Below, piece by piece: positions 52,401 through 64,000 of a DNA stretch of 64,000 bases (its first letter is position 1; each line of letters opens with the position of its first letter). Both the position numbers and the translations under genes were made by a program. The notes under the pieces are model-generated. The model saw only the letters and a list, made by a program, of their open reading frames with translations, was not told the origin of the DNA and ran no database searches. The DNA comes from the human T2T-CHM13v2.0 reference genome, Homo sapiens: the NCBI RefSeq assembly GCF_009914755.1, contig NC_060933.1. One strand, given 5' to 3'.

Positions 52401-54839
52401 GCTTTGAGGCCTATGATGAAAAAGGAAATATCTTCCCATAAAAACTAGACAGAAGCATTCTCAGAAACTTGTTTGTGATGTGTGTATTCAACTAAGAGAG
52501 ATGAACCTTTCTTTTTACAGAGCAGTTTTGAAACACTCTTTTTGTGGAATCTGAAACTGGATATTTGGTTAGCTTTGAGGATTTCGTTGGAAACGGGATT
52601 ACATATAAAATCTAGAGAGAAGCATTCTCAGGAACTTCTTTGTGATGATTGCATTCAAGTCACAGAACTGAACATTCCCTTTCATAGAGCATGTTTGAAA
52701 GACTCTTTCTGTACTATCTGCAAACGGATATTTCAAACGCTTTCAGGCCTATGGTGAGAAAGGAAATATCTTCAAATAAAAACTAGACAGAAGCATTCTC
52801 AGAAACTTATTTGCGATGTGTGTCCTCAACTAACAGAGTTGAACCTTTCTTTTGGTACAACATTTTGGAAACACTCTTTTTGTAGAATCTGCAAGTGGAT
52901 ATTTGGATAGCTTTGAAGGTTTCGTTGGAAACGGGAATATCTTCATATAAAATCAAGACAGAGGCATTCTCAGGAACTTCTCTGTGATGTTTGCATTCAA
53001 GTCACAGAACTGAGCATTCCCTTTCATAGAGCATGTTTGAAACACTCTTTCTGTAGTATCTGCAAGCGGACGTTTGAAGCGCTTTCAGGCCTTTGGTGAA
53101 AAAGGAAATATCTTCAAATGAAAACTAGACAGAAGCATTCTCAGAAACTTATTTGCGATGTGTGTTCTCAACTAAAAGAGTTGAACCTTTGTTTGGATAC
53201 AACATTTTGGAAACACTCTTTTTGTAGAATCTGCAAGTGGATATTTGGATGGCTTTGAAGGTTTCGTTGGAAACGGGAATATCTTCATATAAAATCAAGA
53301 CAGAAGCATTCTCAGAAACTTCTCTGTGATGTTTGCATTCAACTCATAGAGTTGAACACTTCCCTTCATACAGCAGGTTTGAAACACTCTTTTTGTAATA
53401 TTTGGAAGTGGACATTTGCAGCGCTTTGAGGCCTATGATGAAAAAGGAAATATCTTCCCATAAAAACTAGACAGAAGCATTCTCAGAAACTTGTTTGTGA
53501 TGTGTGTATTCAACTAACAGAGATGAACCTTTCTTTTTACAGAGCAGTTTTGAAACACTCTTTTTGTGGAATCTGAAAGTGGATATTTGGATAGCTTTGA
53601 GGATTTCGTTGGAAACGGGATTACATATAAAATCTAGGGAGAAGCATTCTCAGGAACTTCTTTGGAATGTTTGCATTCAAGTCACAGAACTGAACATTCC
53701 CTTTCATAGAGCAGGTTTGAAACACTCTTTCTGTAGTATCTGCAAGCGGACGTTTCAAGCGCTTTCAGGCCTGTGGTGAAAAAGGAAATATCTTCAAATA
53801 AAAACTAGACAGAAGCATTCTCAGAAACTTATTTGCGATGTGTGTTCTCAACTAAAAGAGTTGAACCTTTGTTTGGATACAACGTTTTGGAAACACTCTT
53901 TTTGTAGGATCTGCAGGTGGATATTTGGATAGCTTTGAAGGTTTCGTTGGAAACAGGAATATCTTCATCTAAAATCAAGACAGAAGCATTCTCAGAAACT
54001 TCTCTGTGATGTTTGCATTCAACTCATAGAGTTGAACACTTCCCTTCATACAGCAGGTTTGAAACACTCTTTTTGTAATATTTGGAAGTGGACATTTGCA
54101 GCGCTTTGAGGCCTATGTTGAAAAAGGAAATATCTTCTCCTAAAAACCAGACAGAAGCATTCTCAGAAACTTCCTTGTGATGTGTGTACTCAAGTAACAG
54201 AGTTGAACCTTCCTTTTGACAGAGCAGTTTTGAAGCACTCTTTTTGTAGAATCTGCAAGTGGATATTTTGATACCTTTGAGGATTTCGTTGGACACGGGA
54301 TATCTTCATATAAAATCTAGACAGAAGCATTCTCAGAAACTTCTTTGTGCTGTATGTCCTCAATTAACAGAGTTGAACCTTTGTGTGGATACAGCATTTT
54401 GGAAACATTCCTTTAGTAGAATCTGCAAGTTGATATTTAGATAGCTAGGAAGATTTCCTTAGAAACGGGAATATCTTCATATAAAATCTAGACGGAAACA
54501 TTCTCAGAAAGTGCTTTGTGATGTTTGCATTCAAGTCACAGAGTTGAATATTCCCTTTTATAGAGCAGGTTTGAAACACTCTTTCTGCACTACCTGGAAG
54601 TGGACATTTGGAGCACTTTGAGGCCTAAGTTGAAAAAGGAAATATCTTCTCCTAAAAACCAGACAGAAGCATTCTCAGAAACTTGCTTGTGATGTGTGTA
54701 CTCAAGTAACAGAGTTGAACCTTACTTTTGACAGAGCCGTTTTGAAACAGTCTTTTTGTAGAATCTGGAAGTAGATATTTGGATAGCTTCGAGGATTTCT
54801 TTGGAAACGGGATATCTTCATATAAAATCTAGACAGAAG

Positions 54840-55177
54840 CATTCTCAGAAACTTCTTTGTGCTGTATGTCCTCAATTAACAGAGTTGAACCTTTGTGCGG
54901 ATACAGCATTTTGGAAGCACTCCTTTAGTAGAATCTGCAAGTTGATACTTAGATAGGAAGATTTCCTTGGAAACGGGAATATCTTCATATAAAATATAGA
55001 CGGAAGCATTCTCAGAAACTTCTTTGTGCTGTATGTCCTCAATTAACAGAGTTGAACCTTTGTGTGGATACAGCATTTTGGAAACATTCCTTTAGTAGAA
55101 TCTGCAAGTTGATATTTAGATAGCTAGGAAGATTTCCTTGGAAACGGGAATATCTTCACATAAAATCTAGACGGAAG
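54840..55177 (+). repeat. Second Q-Q monomer duplication; the first Q has a 4-bp deletion
   Basis: Q monomers start at 54840 and 55007. The first reads 'agataggaag' instead of 'agatagctaggaag'. Confidence 0.9.
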
Positions 55178-58100
55178 CATTCTCAGAAATTGCTTTGTGA
55201 TGTCTTCATTGAAGTCACAGAGTAGAATGTTCCCTTTTATAGAGCAGGTTTGAAACACTCAGTGCACTACCTGGAAGTGGACATTTGGAGCGCTTTGACG
55301 CCTATGTTGAAAAAGGAAATATCTTCCCATAGAAACTAGACAGAAGCATTCTCAGAAACTTGTTTGTGATGTGTGTATTCAACTAACAGAGATGAACCTT
55401 TCTTTTTACAGAGCAGTTTTGAAACACTCTTTTTGTGGAATCTGAAAGTGGATATTTGGATAGCTTTGAGGATTTCGTTGGAAACGGGATTACATATAAA
55501 ATCTAGGGAGAAGCATTCTCAGGAACTTCTTTGTGATGTTTGCATTCAAGTCACAGAACTGAACATTCCCTTTCATAGTGCAGCTTTGAAACACTCTTTC
55601 TGTAGTATCTGCAAGCTGACGTTTCAAGCGCTTTCAGGCCTGTGGTGAAAAAGGAAATATCTTCAAATAAAAACTAGACAGATGTATTCTCAGAAACTTA
55701 TTTGCGATGTGTGTTTCCAACTAACAGAGTTGAACCTTTGCTTTGATACAGCATTTTGGAAACACTATTTTTGTAGGATCTGCAGGTGGATATTTGGATA
55801 GCTTTAAAGGTTTCGTTGGAAACGGGAATATCTTCATATAAAATCAAGACAGAAGCATTCTCAGAAACTTCTCTGTGATGTTTGCATTCAACTCATAGAG
55901 TTGAACACTTCCTTTCATAGAGCTGGTTTGAAATACTCTTTTTGTAATATTTGGAATTGGACATTTGCAGCGGTTTGAGACCTATGGTGAAAAAGGAGAT
56001 ATCTTCTCCTAAAAACCAGACAGAAGCATTCTCAGAATCTTCCTTGTGATGTGTGTACTCAAGTAACAGAGTTGAACCTTCCTTTTGACAGAGCAGTTTT
56101 GAAGCACTCTTTTTGTAGAATTTGCAAGTGGATATTTTGATACCTTTGAGGATTTCGTTGGACACGGGATATCTTCATATAAAATCTAGACAGAAGCATT
56201 CTCAGAAACTTCTTTGTCCTGTATGTCCTCAATTAACAGAGTTGAGCCTTTGTTTCGATACAGCATTTTGGAAACATTCCTTTAGTAGAATCTGCAAGTT
56301 GATATTTAGATAGCTAGGAAGATATCCTTGGAAACGGGAATATCTTCATATAAAATCTAGACGGAAGCATTCTCAGAAAGTGCTTTGTGATGTTTGCATT
56401 CAAGTCACAGAGTTGAATATTCCCTTTTATAGAGCAGGTTTGAAACACTCTTTTTGCACTACCTGGAAGTGGACATTTGGAGCGCTTTGAGGCCTATGTT
56501 GAAAAAGGAAATATCTTCCCATAAAAACTAGACAGAAGCATTCTCAGAAACTTGTTTGTGATGTGTGTATTCAACTAACAGAGATGAACTTTTCTTTTTA
56601 CAGAGCAGTTTTGAAACACTCTTTTTGTGGAATCTGAAAGTGGATATTTGGATAGCTTTGAGGATTTCGTTGGAAACGGGATTACATATAAAACCTAGAG
56701 AGAAGCATTCTCAGGAACTTCTTTGTGATGTTTGCATTCAAGTCACAGAACTGAACATTCCCTTTCATAGAGCAGGTTTGAAACACTCTTTCTGTAGTAT
56801 CTGCAAGCTGACGTTTCAAGCGCTTTCAGACCTATGGTGAGAAAGGAAATATCTTCAAGTAAAAACTAGACAGAAGCATTCTCAGAAACTTATTTGCCAT
56901 GTGTGTTCTCAACTAACAGAGTTGAAGCTTTGTTTTCATACGGCATTTTGGAAACACTCTTTTTGTAGAATCTGCAGGTGGATATTCGGATAGCTTTAAA
57001 GGTTTCGTTGGAAACGGGAATATCTTCATATAAAATCTAGACGGAAGCATTCTCAGAAACTGCTTTGTGATGTTTTCATTCAAGTCACAGAGTAGAATGT
57101 TCCCTGTTATATACCAGGTTTGAGACACACTTTCTGCACTACCTGGAAGTGCACATTTGGAGCGCTTTGAGGCCTATGTTGAAAAAGGAAATATCTTCCC
57201 ATAAAAACTAGACAGAAGCATTCTCAGAAACTTGTTTGTGATGTGTGTATTCAACTAACAGAGATGAACCTTTCTTTTTACAGAGCAGTTTTGAAACACT
57301 CTTTTTGTGGAATCTGAAAGTGGATATTTGGTTAGCTTTGAGGATTTCGTTGGAAACGGGATTACATATAAAATCTAGAGAGAAGCATTCTCAGGAACTA
57401 CTTTGTGATGTTTGCATTCAAGTCACAGAACTGAACATTCCCTTTCATAGAGCAGGTTTGAAACACTCTTTCTGTAGTATCTGCAAGTGGACGTTTCAAG
57501 CGCTTTCAGGCCTGTGGTGAAAAAGGAAATATCTTCAAATAAAAATTAGACAGAAGCATTCTCGGAAACTTATTTGCGATGTGTGTTCTCAACTAACAGA
57601 GTTGAACCTTTGTTTTGATACAGCATTTTGGAAACACTCTTTTTGTAGGATCTGCAGGTGGATATTTGCATAGCTTTGAAGGTTTCGTTGGAAACGGGAA
57701 TATCTTCATATAAAATCAACACAGAAGCATTCTCAGAAACTTCTCTGTGATGTTTGCATTCAACTCATAGAGTTGAACACTTCCTTTCATAGAGCTGGTT
57801 TGAAATACTCTTTTTGTAATATTTGGAAGTGGACATTGGCAGCGCTTTGAAGCCTATGGTGAAAAAGGAGATATCTTCTCCTAAAAACCAGACAGACGCA
57901 TTCTCAGAATCTTTCTTGTGATGTGTGTACTCAAGTAACAGAGTTGAACCTTCATTTTGACAGAGCAGTTTTGAAGCACTCTTTTTGTAGAATCTGCAAG
58001 TGGATATTTTGATACCTTTGAGGATTTCGTTGGACACTGGATATCTTCATATAAAATCTAGACAGAAGCATTCACAGAAACTTCTTTGTGCTGTATGTCC

Positions 58101-61100
58101 TCAATTAACAGAGTTGAACCTTTGTGTGGATACAGCATTTTGGAAACATTCCTTTAGTAGAATCTGCAAGTTGATATTTAGATAGCTAGGAAGATTTCCT
58201 TGGAAACGGGAATATCTTCATATAAAATCTAGCCGGAAGCATTCTCAGAAAGTGCTTTGTGATGTTTGCATTCAAGTCACAGAGTTGAATATTCCCTTTT
58301 ATAGAGCAGGTTTGAAACACTCTTTCTGCACTACCTGGAAGTGGACATTTGGAGCGCTTTGAGGCCTATGTTGAAAAAGGAAATATCTTCCCATAAAAAC
58401 TAGACAGAAGCATTCTCAGAAACTTGTTCGTGATGTGTGTATTCAACTAACAGAGATGAACCTTTCTTTTTACAGAGCAGTTTTGAAACACTCTTTTTGT
58501 GGAATCTGAAAGTGGATATTTGGATAGCTTTGAGGATTTCGTTGGAAACGGGATTACATATAAAACCTAGAGAGAAGCATTCTCAGGAACTTCTTTGTGA
58601 TGTTTGCATTCAAGTCACAGAACTGAACATTCCCTTTCATAGAGCAGGTTTGAAACACTCTTTCTGTAGTATCTGCAAGCTGACGTTTCAAGTGCTTTCA
58701 GGCCTATGGTGAGAAAAGAAATATCTTCAAGTAAAAACTAGACAGAAGCATTCTCAGAAACTTATTTGCCATGTGTGTTCTCAACTAACAGAGTTGAACC
58801 TTTGTTTTGATACGGCATTTTGGAAACACTCTTTTTGTAGAATCTGCAGGTGGATATTCGGATAGCTTTGAAGGTTTCGTTGGAAACGGGAATATCTTCA
58901 TATAAAATCTAGACGGAAGCATTTTCAGAAACTGCTTTGTGATGTTTTCATTCAAGTCACAGAGTAGAATGTTCCCTGTTATATACCAGGTTTGAGACAC
59001 TCTTTCTGCACTACCTGGAAGTGGACATTTGGAGCGCTTTGAGGCCTATGATGAAAAAGGATATATCTTCCCAAAAAACTAGACAGAAGCATTCTCAGAA
59101 AGTTGTTTGTGATGTGTGTATTCAACTAACAGAGATGAACCTTTCTTTTTACAGAGCAGTTTTGAAACACTCTTTTTGTGGAATCTGAAAGTGGATATTT
59201 GGATAGCTTTGAGGATTTCGTTGGAAACGGGATTACATATAAAATCTAGAGAGAAGCATTCTCAGGAACTTCTTTGTGATGTTTGCATTCACGTCACAGA
59301 ACTGAACATTCCCTTTCATAGAGCATGTTTGAAACACTCTTTCTGTAGTATCTGCAAACGGACATTTCAAACGCTTTCAGGCCTATGGTGAGAAAGGAAA
59401 TATCTTCAAGTAAAAACTAGACAGAAGCATTCTCAGAAACTTATTTGCCATGCGTGTCCTCAACTAACAGAGTTGAACCTTTGTTTTGATACGGCATTTT
59501 GGAAACACTCTTTTTGTAGAATCTGCAGGTGGATATTCGGATAGCTTTGAAGGTTTCGTTGGAAACGGGAATATCTTCATATAAAATCTAGACGGAAGCA
59601 TTCTCAGAAACTTCTTTGTGCTGTATGTCCTCAATTAACAGAGTTGAACCTTTGTGTGGATACAGCATTTTGGAAACACTCCTTTAGTAGAATCTGCTAG
59701 TTGATATATATATAGCTAGGAAGATTTCCTTGGAAACGGGAATATCTTCACATAAAATCTAGACGGAAGCATTCTCAGAAACTGCTTTGTGATGTCTTCA
59801 TTCAAGTCACAGAGTAGAATGTTCCCTTTTATAGAGCAGGTTTGAAACACTCAGTGCACTACCTGGAAGTGGACATTTGGAGCGCTTTGAGGCCCATGTT
59901 GAAAAAGGAAATATCTTCCCATAGAAACTAGACAGAAGCATTCTCAGAAACTTGTTTGTGATGTGTGTATTCAACTAACAGAGATGAACCTTTCTTTTTA
60001 CAGAGCAGTTTTGAAACACTCTTTTTGTGGAATCTGAAATTGGATATTTGGATAGCTTTGAGGATTTCGTTGGAAACGGGATTACATATAAAATCTAGGG
60101 AGAAGCATTCTCAGGAACTTCTGTGTGATGTTTGCATTCAAGTCACAGAACTGAACATTCCCTTTCATAGAGCAGGTTTGAAACACTCTTTCTGTAGTAT
60201 CTGCAAGCGGACGTTTCAAGCGCTTTCAGGCCTGTGGTGAAAAAGGAAATATCTTCAAATAAAAACTAGACAGAAGCATTCTCAGAAACTTATTTGCGAT
60301 GTGTGTTCTCAACTAACAGAGTTGAACCTTTGTTTTGATACAGCATTTTGGAAACACTCTTTTTGTAGGATCTGCAGGTGGATATTTGGATAGCTTTGAA
60401 GGTTTCGTTGGAAACGGGAATATCTTCATATAAAATCAATACAGAAGCCTTCTCAGAAACTTCTCTGTGATGTTTGCATTGAACTCACAGAGTTGAACAC
60501 TTCCTTTCATAGAGCTGGTTTGAAATACTCTTTTTGTAATATTTGGAAGTGGACATTGGCAGCGTTTTGAAGCCTGTGGTGAAAAAGGAGATATCTTCTC
60601 CTAAAAACCATACAGAAGCATTCTCAGAATCTTTCTTGTGATGTGTGTACTCAAGTAACACAGTTGAACCTTCATTTTGACAGAACAGTTTTGAAGCACT
60701 CTTTTTGTAGAATCTGCAAGTGGATATTTTGATACCTTTGAGGATTTCGTTGGACACGGGATATCTTCATATAAAATCTAGACAGAAGCATTCTCAGAAA
60801 CTTCTTTGTGCTGTATGTCCTCAATTAGCAGAGTTGAACCTTTGTTTCGATACAGCATTTTGGAAACATTCCTTTAGTAGAATCTGCAAGTTGATATTCA
60901 GATAGCTAGGAAGATTTCCTTGGAAACGGGAATATCTTCATATAAAATCTAGACGGAAGCATTCTCAGAAAGTGCTTTGTGATGTTTGCATTCAAGTCAC
61001 AGAGTTGAATATTCTCTTTTATAGAGCAGGTTTGAAACACTCTTTTTGCACTACCTGGAAGTGAACATTTGGAGCGCTTTGAGGCCTATGTTGAAAAAGG

Positions 61101-64000
61101 AAATATCTTCCCATAAAAAATAGACAGAAGCATTCTCAGAAACTTGTTTGTGATGTGTGTATTCAACTAACAGAGATGAACCTTTCTTTTTACAGAGCAG
61201 TTTTGAAACACTCTTTTTGTGGAATCTGAAAGTGGATATTTGGATAGCTTTGAGGATTTCATTGGAAACGGGATTACATATAAAATCTAGGGAGAAGCAT
61301 TCTCAGGAACTTCTTTGTGATGTTTGCATTGAAGTCACAGAACTGAGCATTCCCTTTCATAGAATAGGTTTGAAACACTCTTTCTGTAGTATCTGCAAGT
61401 GGACGTTTCAAGCGCTTTCAGGCCTGTGGTGAAAAAGGAAATATCTTCAAATAAAAATTAGACAGAAGCATTCTCAGAAACTTATTTGCGATGTGTGTTC
61501 TCAACTAACAGAGTTGAACATTTGTTTTGATACAGCATTTTGGAAACACTCTTTTTGTAGGATCTGCAGGTGGATATTTGGATAGCTTTGAAGGTTTCGT
61601 TGGAAACGGGAATATCTTCATATAAAATCAACACAGAAGCATTCTCAGAAACTTCTCTGTGATGTTTGCATTCAACTCATAGAGTTGAACACTTCCCTTC
61701 ATACAGCAGGTTTGAAACACTCTTTTTGTAATATTTGGAAGTGGACATTTGCAGCGCTTTGAGGCCTATGTTGAAAAAGGAAATATCTTCCCATAAAAAC
61801 TAGACAGAAGCATTCTCAGAAACTTGTTTGTGATGTGTGTATTCAACTAACAGAGATGAACCTTTCTTTTTACAGAGCAGTTTTGAAACACTCTTTTTGT
61901 GGAATCTGAAAGTGGATATTTGGATAGCTTTGAGGATTTTGTTGGAAACGGGATTACATATAAAATCTAGGGAGAAGCATTCTCAGGAACTTCTTTGTGA
62001 TGTTTGCATTCAAGTCACAGAACTGAACATTCCCTTTCATAGAGCAGGTTTGAAACACTCTTTCTGTAGTATCTGCAAGCGGACGTTTGAAGAGCTTTCA
62101 GGCGTGTGGTGAAAAAGGAAATATCTTCAAATAAATACTAGACAGAAGCATTCTCAGAAACTTATTTGCGATGTGTGTTCTCAACTAAAGGAGATGAACC
62201 TTTGTTTGGATACAACGTTTTGGAAACACTCTTTTTGTAGGATCTGCAAGTGGATATTTGGATAGCTTTGAAGGTTTCGTTGGAAACAGGAATATCTTCA
62301 TATAAAATCAAGACAGAAGCATTCTCAGAAACTTCTCTGTGATGTTTACATTCAACTCATAGAGTTGAACACTTCCCTTCATACAGCAGGTTTGAAACAC
62401 TCTTTTTGTAATATTTGGAAGTGGACATTTGCAGCGCTTTGAGGCCTATGTTGAAAAACGAAATATCTTCTCCTAAAAACCAGACAGAAGCATTCTCAGA
62501 AACTTCCTTGTGATGTGTGTACTCAAGTAACAGAGTTGAACCTTCCTTTTGACAGAGCAGTTTTGAAGCACTCTTTTTGTAGAATCTGCAAGTGGATATT
62601 TTGATACCTTTGAGGATTTCGTTGGACACGGGATATCTTCATATAAAATCTAGACAGAAGCATTCTCAGAAACTTCTTTGTGCTGTATGTCCTCAATTAA
62701 CAGAGTTGAACCTTTGTGTGGATACAGCATTTTGGAAACATTCCTTTAGTAGAATCTGCAAGTTGATATTTAGATAGCTAGGAAGATTTCCTTGGAAACG
62801 GGAATATCTTCATATAAAATCTAGACGGAAGCATTCTCAGAAAGTGCTTTGTGATATTTGCATTCAAGTCACAGAGTTGAATATTCCCTTTTATAGAGCA
62901 GGTTTGAAACACTCTTTCTGCACTACCTGGAAGTGGACATTTGGAGCGCTTTGAGGCCTATGTTGAAAAAGGAAATATCTTCTCCCAAAAACCAGACAGA
63001 AGCATTCTCAGAAACTTCCTTGTGATGTGTGTACTGAAGTAACAGAGTTGAACCTTACTTTTGACAGAGCCGTTTTGAAACAGTCTTTTTGTAGAATCTG
63101 GAAGTAGATATTTGGATAGCTTTGAGGATTTCTTTGGAAACGGGATATCTTCATATAAAATCTAGACAGAAGCATTCTCAGAAACTTCTTTGTGCTGTAT
63201 GTCCTCAATTAACAGAGTTGAACCTTTGTGCGGATACAGCACTTTGGAAACACTCCTTTAGTAGAATCTGCAAGTTGATATTTAGATAGCTAGGAAGATT
63301 TCCTTGGAAACGAGAATATCTTCACATAAAATCTAGACGGAAGCATTCTCAGAAACTTTTCTGTGATGCTTGCATTCAACTCATAGAGTTGAACACTTCC
63401 TTTCATAGAGCTGGTTTGAAATACTCTTTTTGTAATATTTGGAAGTGGACATTGGCAGCGCTTTGAAGCCTATGGTGAAAAAGGAGATATCTTCTCCTAA
63501 AAACCAGACAGAAGCATTCTCAGAATCTTTCTTGTGATGTGTGTACTCAAGTAACAGAGTTGAACCTTCTTTTTGACAGAGCAGTTTTGAAGCACTCTTT
63601 TTGTAGAATCTGCAAGTGGATATTTTGATACCTTTGAGGATTTCGTTGGACACGGGATATCTTCATATAAAATCTAGACAGAAGCATTCTCAGAAACTTA
63701 TTTGCCATGTGTGTTCTCAACTAACAGAGTTGAACCTTTGTTTTGATACGGCATTTTGGAAACACTCTTTTTGTAGAATCTGCAGGTGGATATTCGGATA
63801 CCTTTGAAGGTTTCGTTGGAAACGGGAATATCTTCATATAAAATCTAGACGGAAGCATTCTCAGAAACTGCTTTGTGATGTTTTCATTCAAGTCACAGAG
63901 TAGAATGTTCCCTTTTATATACCAGGTTTGAGACACTCTTTCTGCACTATCTGGAAGTGGACATTTGGAGCGCTTTGAGGCCTATGATGAAAAAGGAAAT

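Larger units (their letters stand above)
1..64000 (+). repeat. Centromeric alpha-satellite higher-order repeat array (human-type, SF2-like dimeric A/B structure; tentatively chr4 D4Z1/S2C4H1L)
   Basis: The anchor 'agaagcattctcagaaac' or a close variant recurs every ~170 bp throughout. CENP-B boxes (TTTCGTTGGAAACGGGA) alternate with pJalpha-type motifs (ctatgNtgaaaaaggaa). The ORF track repeats at 680, 1192 and 2552 bp. The alpha-satellite call is very secure; the chromosome assignment rests on HOR sizes and memory only (about 0.6). Confidence 0.99.

Noticed and set aside
768-62112. Recurrent 91-aa ORF 'MYSTNRDEPFF...' with Cys/His pairs resembling a zinc-binding peptide
   Set aside because: It is a translation of monomers X-Y, begins at GTG, and recurs only because the DNA repeats. 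Its variants are largely amino-acid changing, and stops or frameshifts occur (e.g. ~24178, ~52025). There is no gene context.
147-63936. Other short ORFs on both strands (MSNEILK..., MDILIPL..., MSQTWY..., MGRYFL...)
   Set aside because: These are chance open frames in satellite monomers, mostly with non-ATG starts and no recognisable domain.
1-64000. CRISPR-like regular repeat ('gacagaagcattctcagaaac' every ~170 bp)
   Set aside because: The intervening sequences are homologous to each other rather than unique spacers, are far too long, and there are no cas genes.
1-64000. L1/Alu insertion, inversion or other satellite family
   Set aside because: I saw no poly-A tail, target-site duplication, GC-rich Alu sequence, or reverse-strand monomer/CENP-B box. 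The monomer register is continuous.
1-64000. Assignment to chr13/21 (alphaRI), chr9 or chr15 arrays, which have similar 4/7/11/15-mer sizes
   Set aside because: Not favoured, because GAATTC sites are only sporadic here and 15/19-mer lengths fit D4Z1. These are not formally excluded without alignment to reference HOR monomers.

Overview
The whole 64 kb window is one uninterrupted, single-orientation array of primate (human-type) centromeric alpha-satellite DNA, about 376 monomers of ~171 bp. I see no genes, transposon insertions, inversions or non-satellite DNA. All listed ORFs are by-products of the repeat. CENP-B-box (B-type) and pJalpha (A-type) monomers mostly alternate, consistent with the dimeric SF2 family. 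The array is built from two 680-bp 4-mers and a ~1192-bp 7-mer, which combine into 15-mer (~2552 bp), 19-mer (~3231 bp) and 11-mer (~1871 bp) higher-order repeats (HORs). These sizes and my recollection of the sequence suggest chr4 D4Z1 (S2C4H1L), but the assignment is unverified. The interesting signal is architectural: a near-identical 9015-bp tandem duplication with a chimeric junction, a triplicated 24-monomer super-repeat nested in an older 31-monomer duplication, several long-range copied blocks, single-monomer duplications, 1-1.5 kb CENP-B-box gaps, and a shift at ~24 kb from a regular to a mosaic, more diverged layer. I found no support for a new protein- or RNA-coding system. Monomer labels are my own: X (cttgtttgtg), Y (caggaactt), Z (cttatttgc), W (cttctctgtg), W' (ctgctttgtg), P (cttccttgtg), Q (gtgctgtatgtc), R (agtgctttg). 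Block boundaries were read by eye and are approximate.
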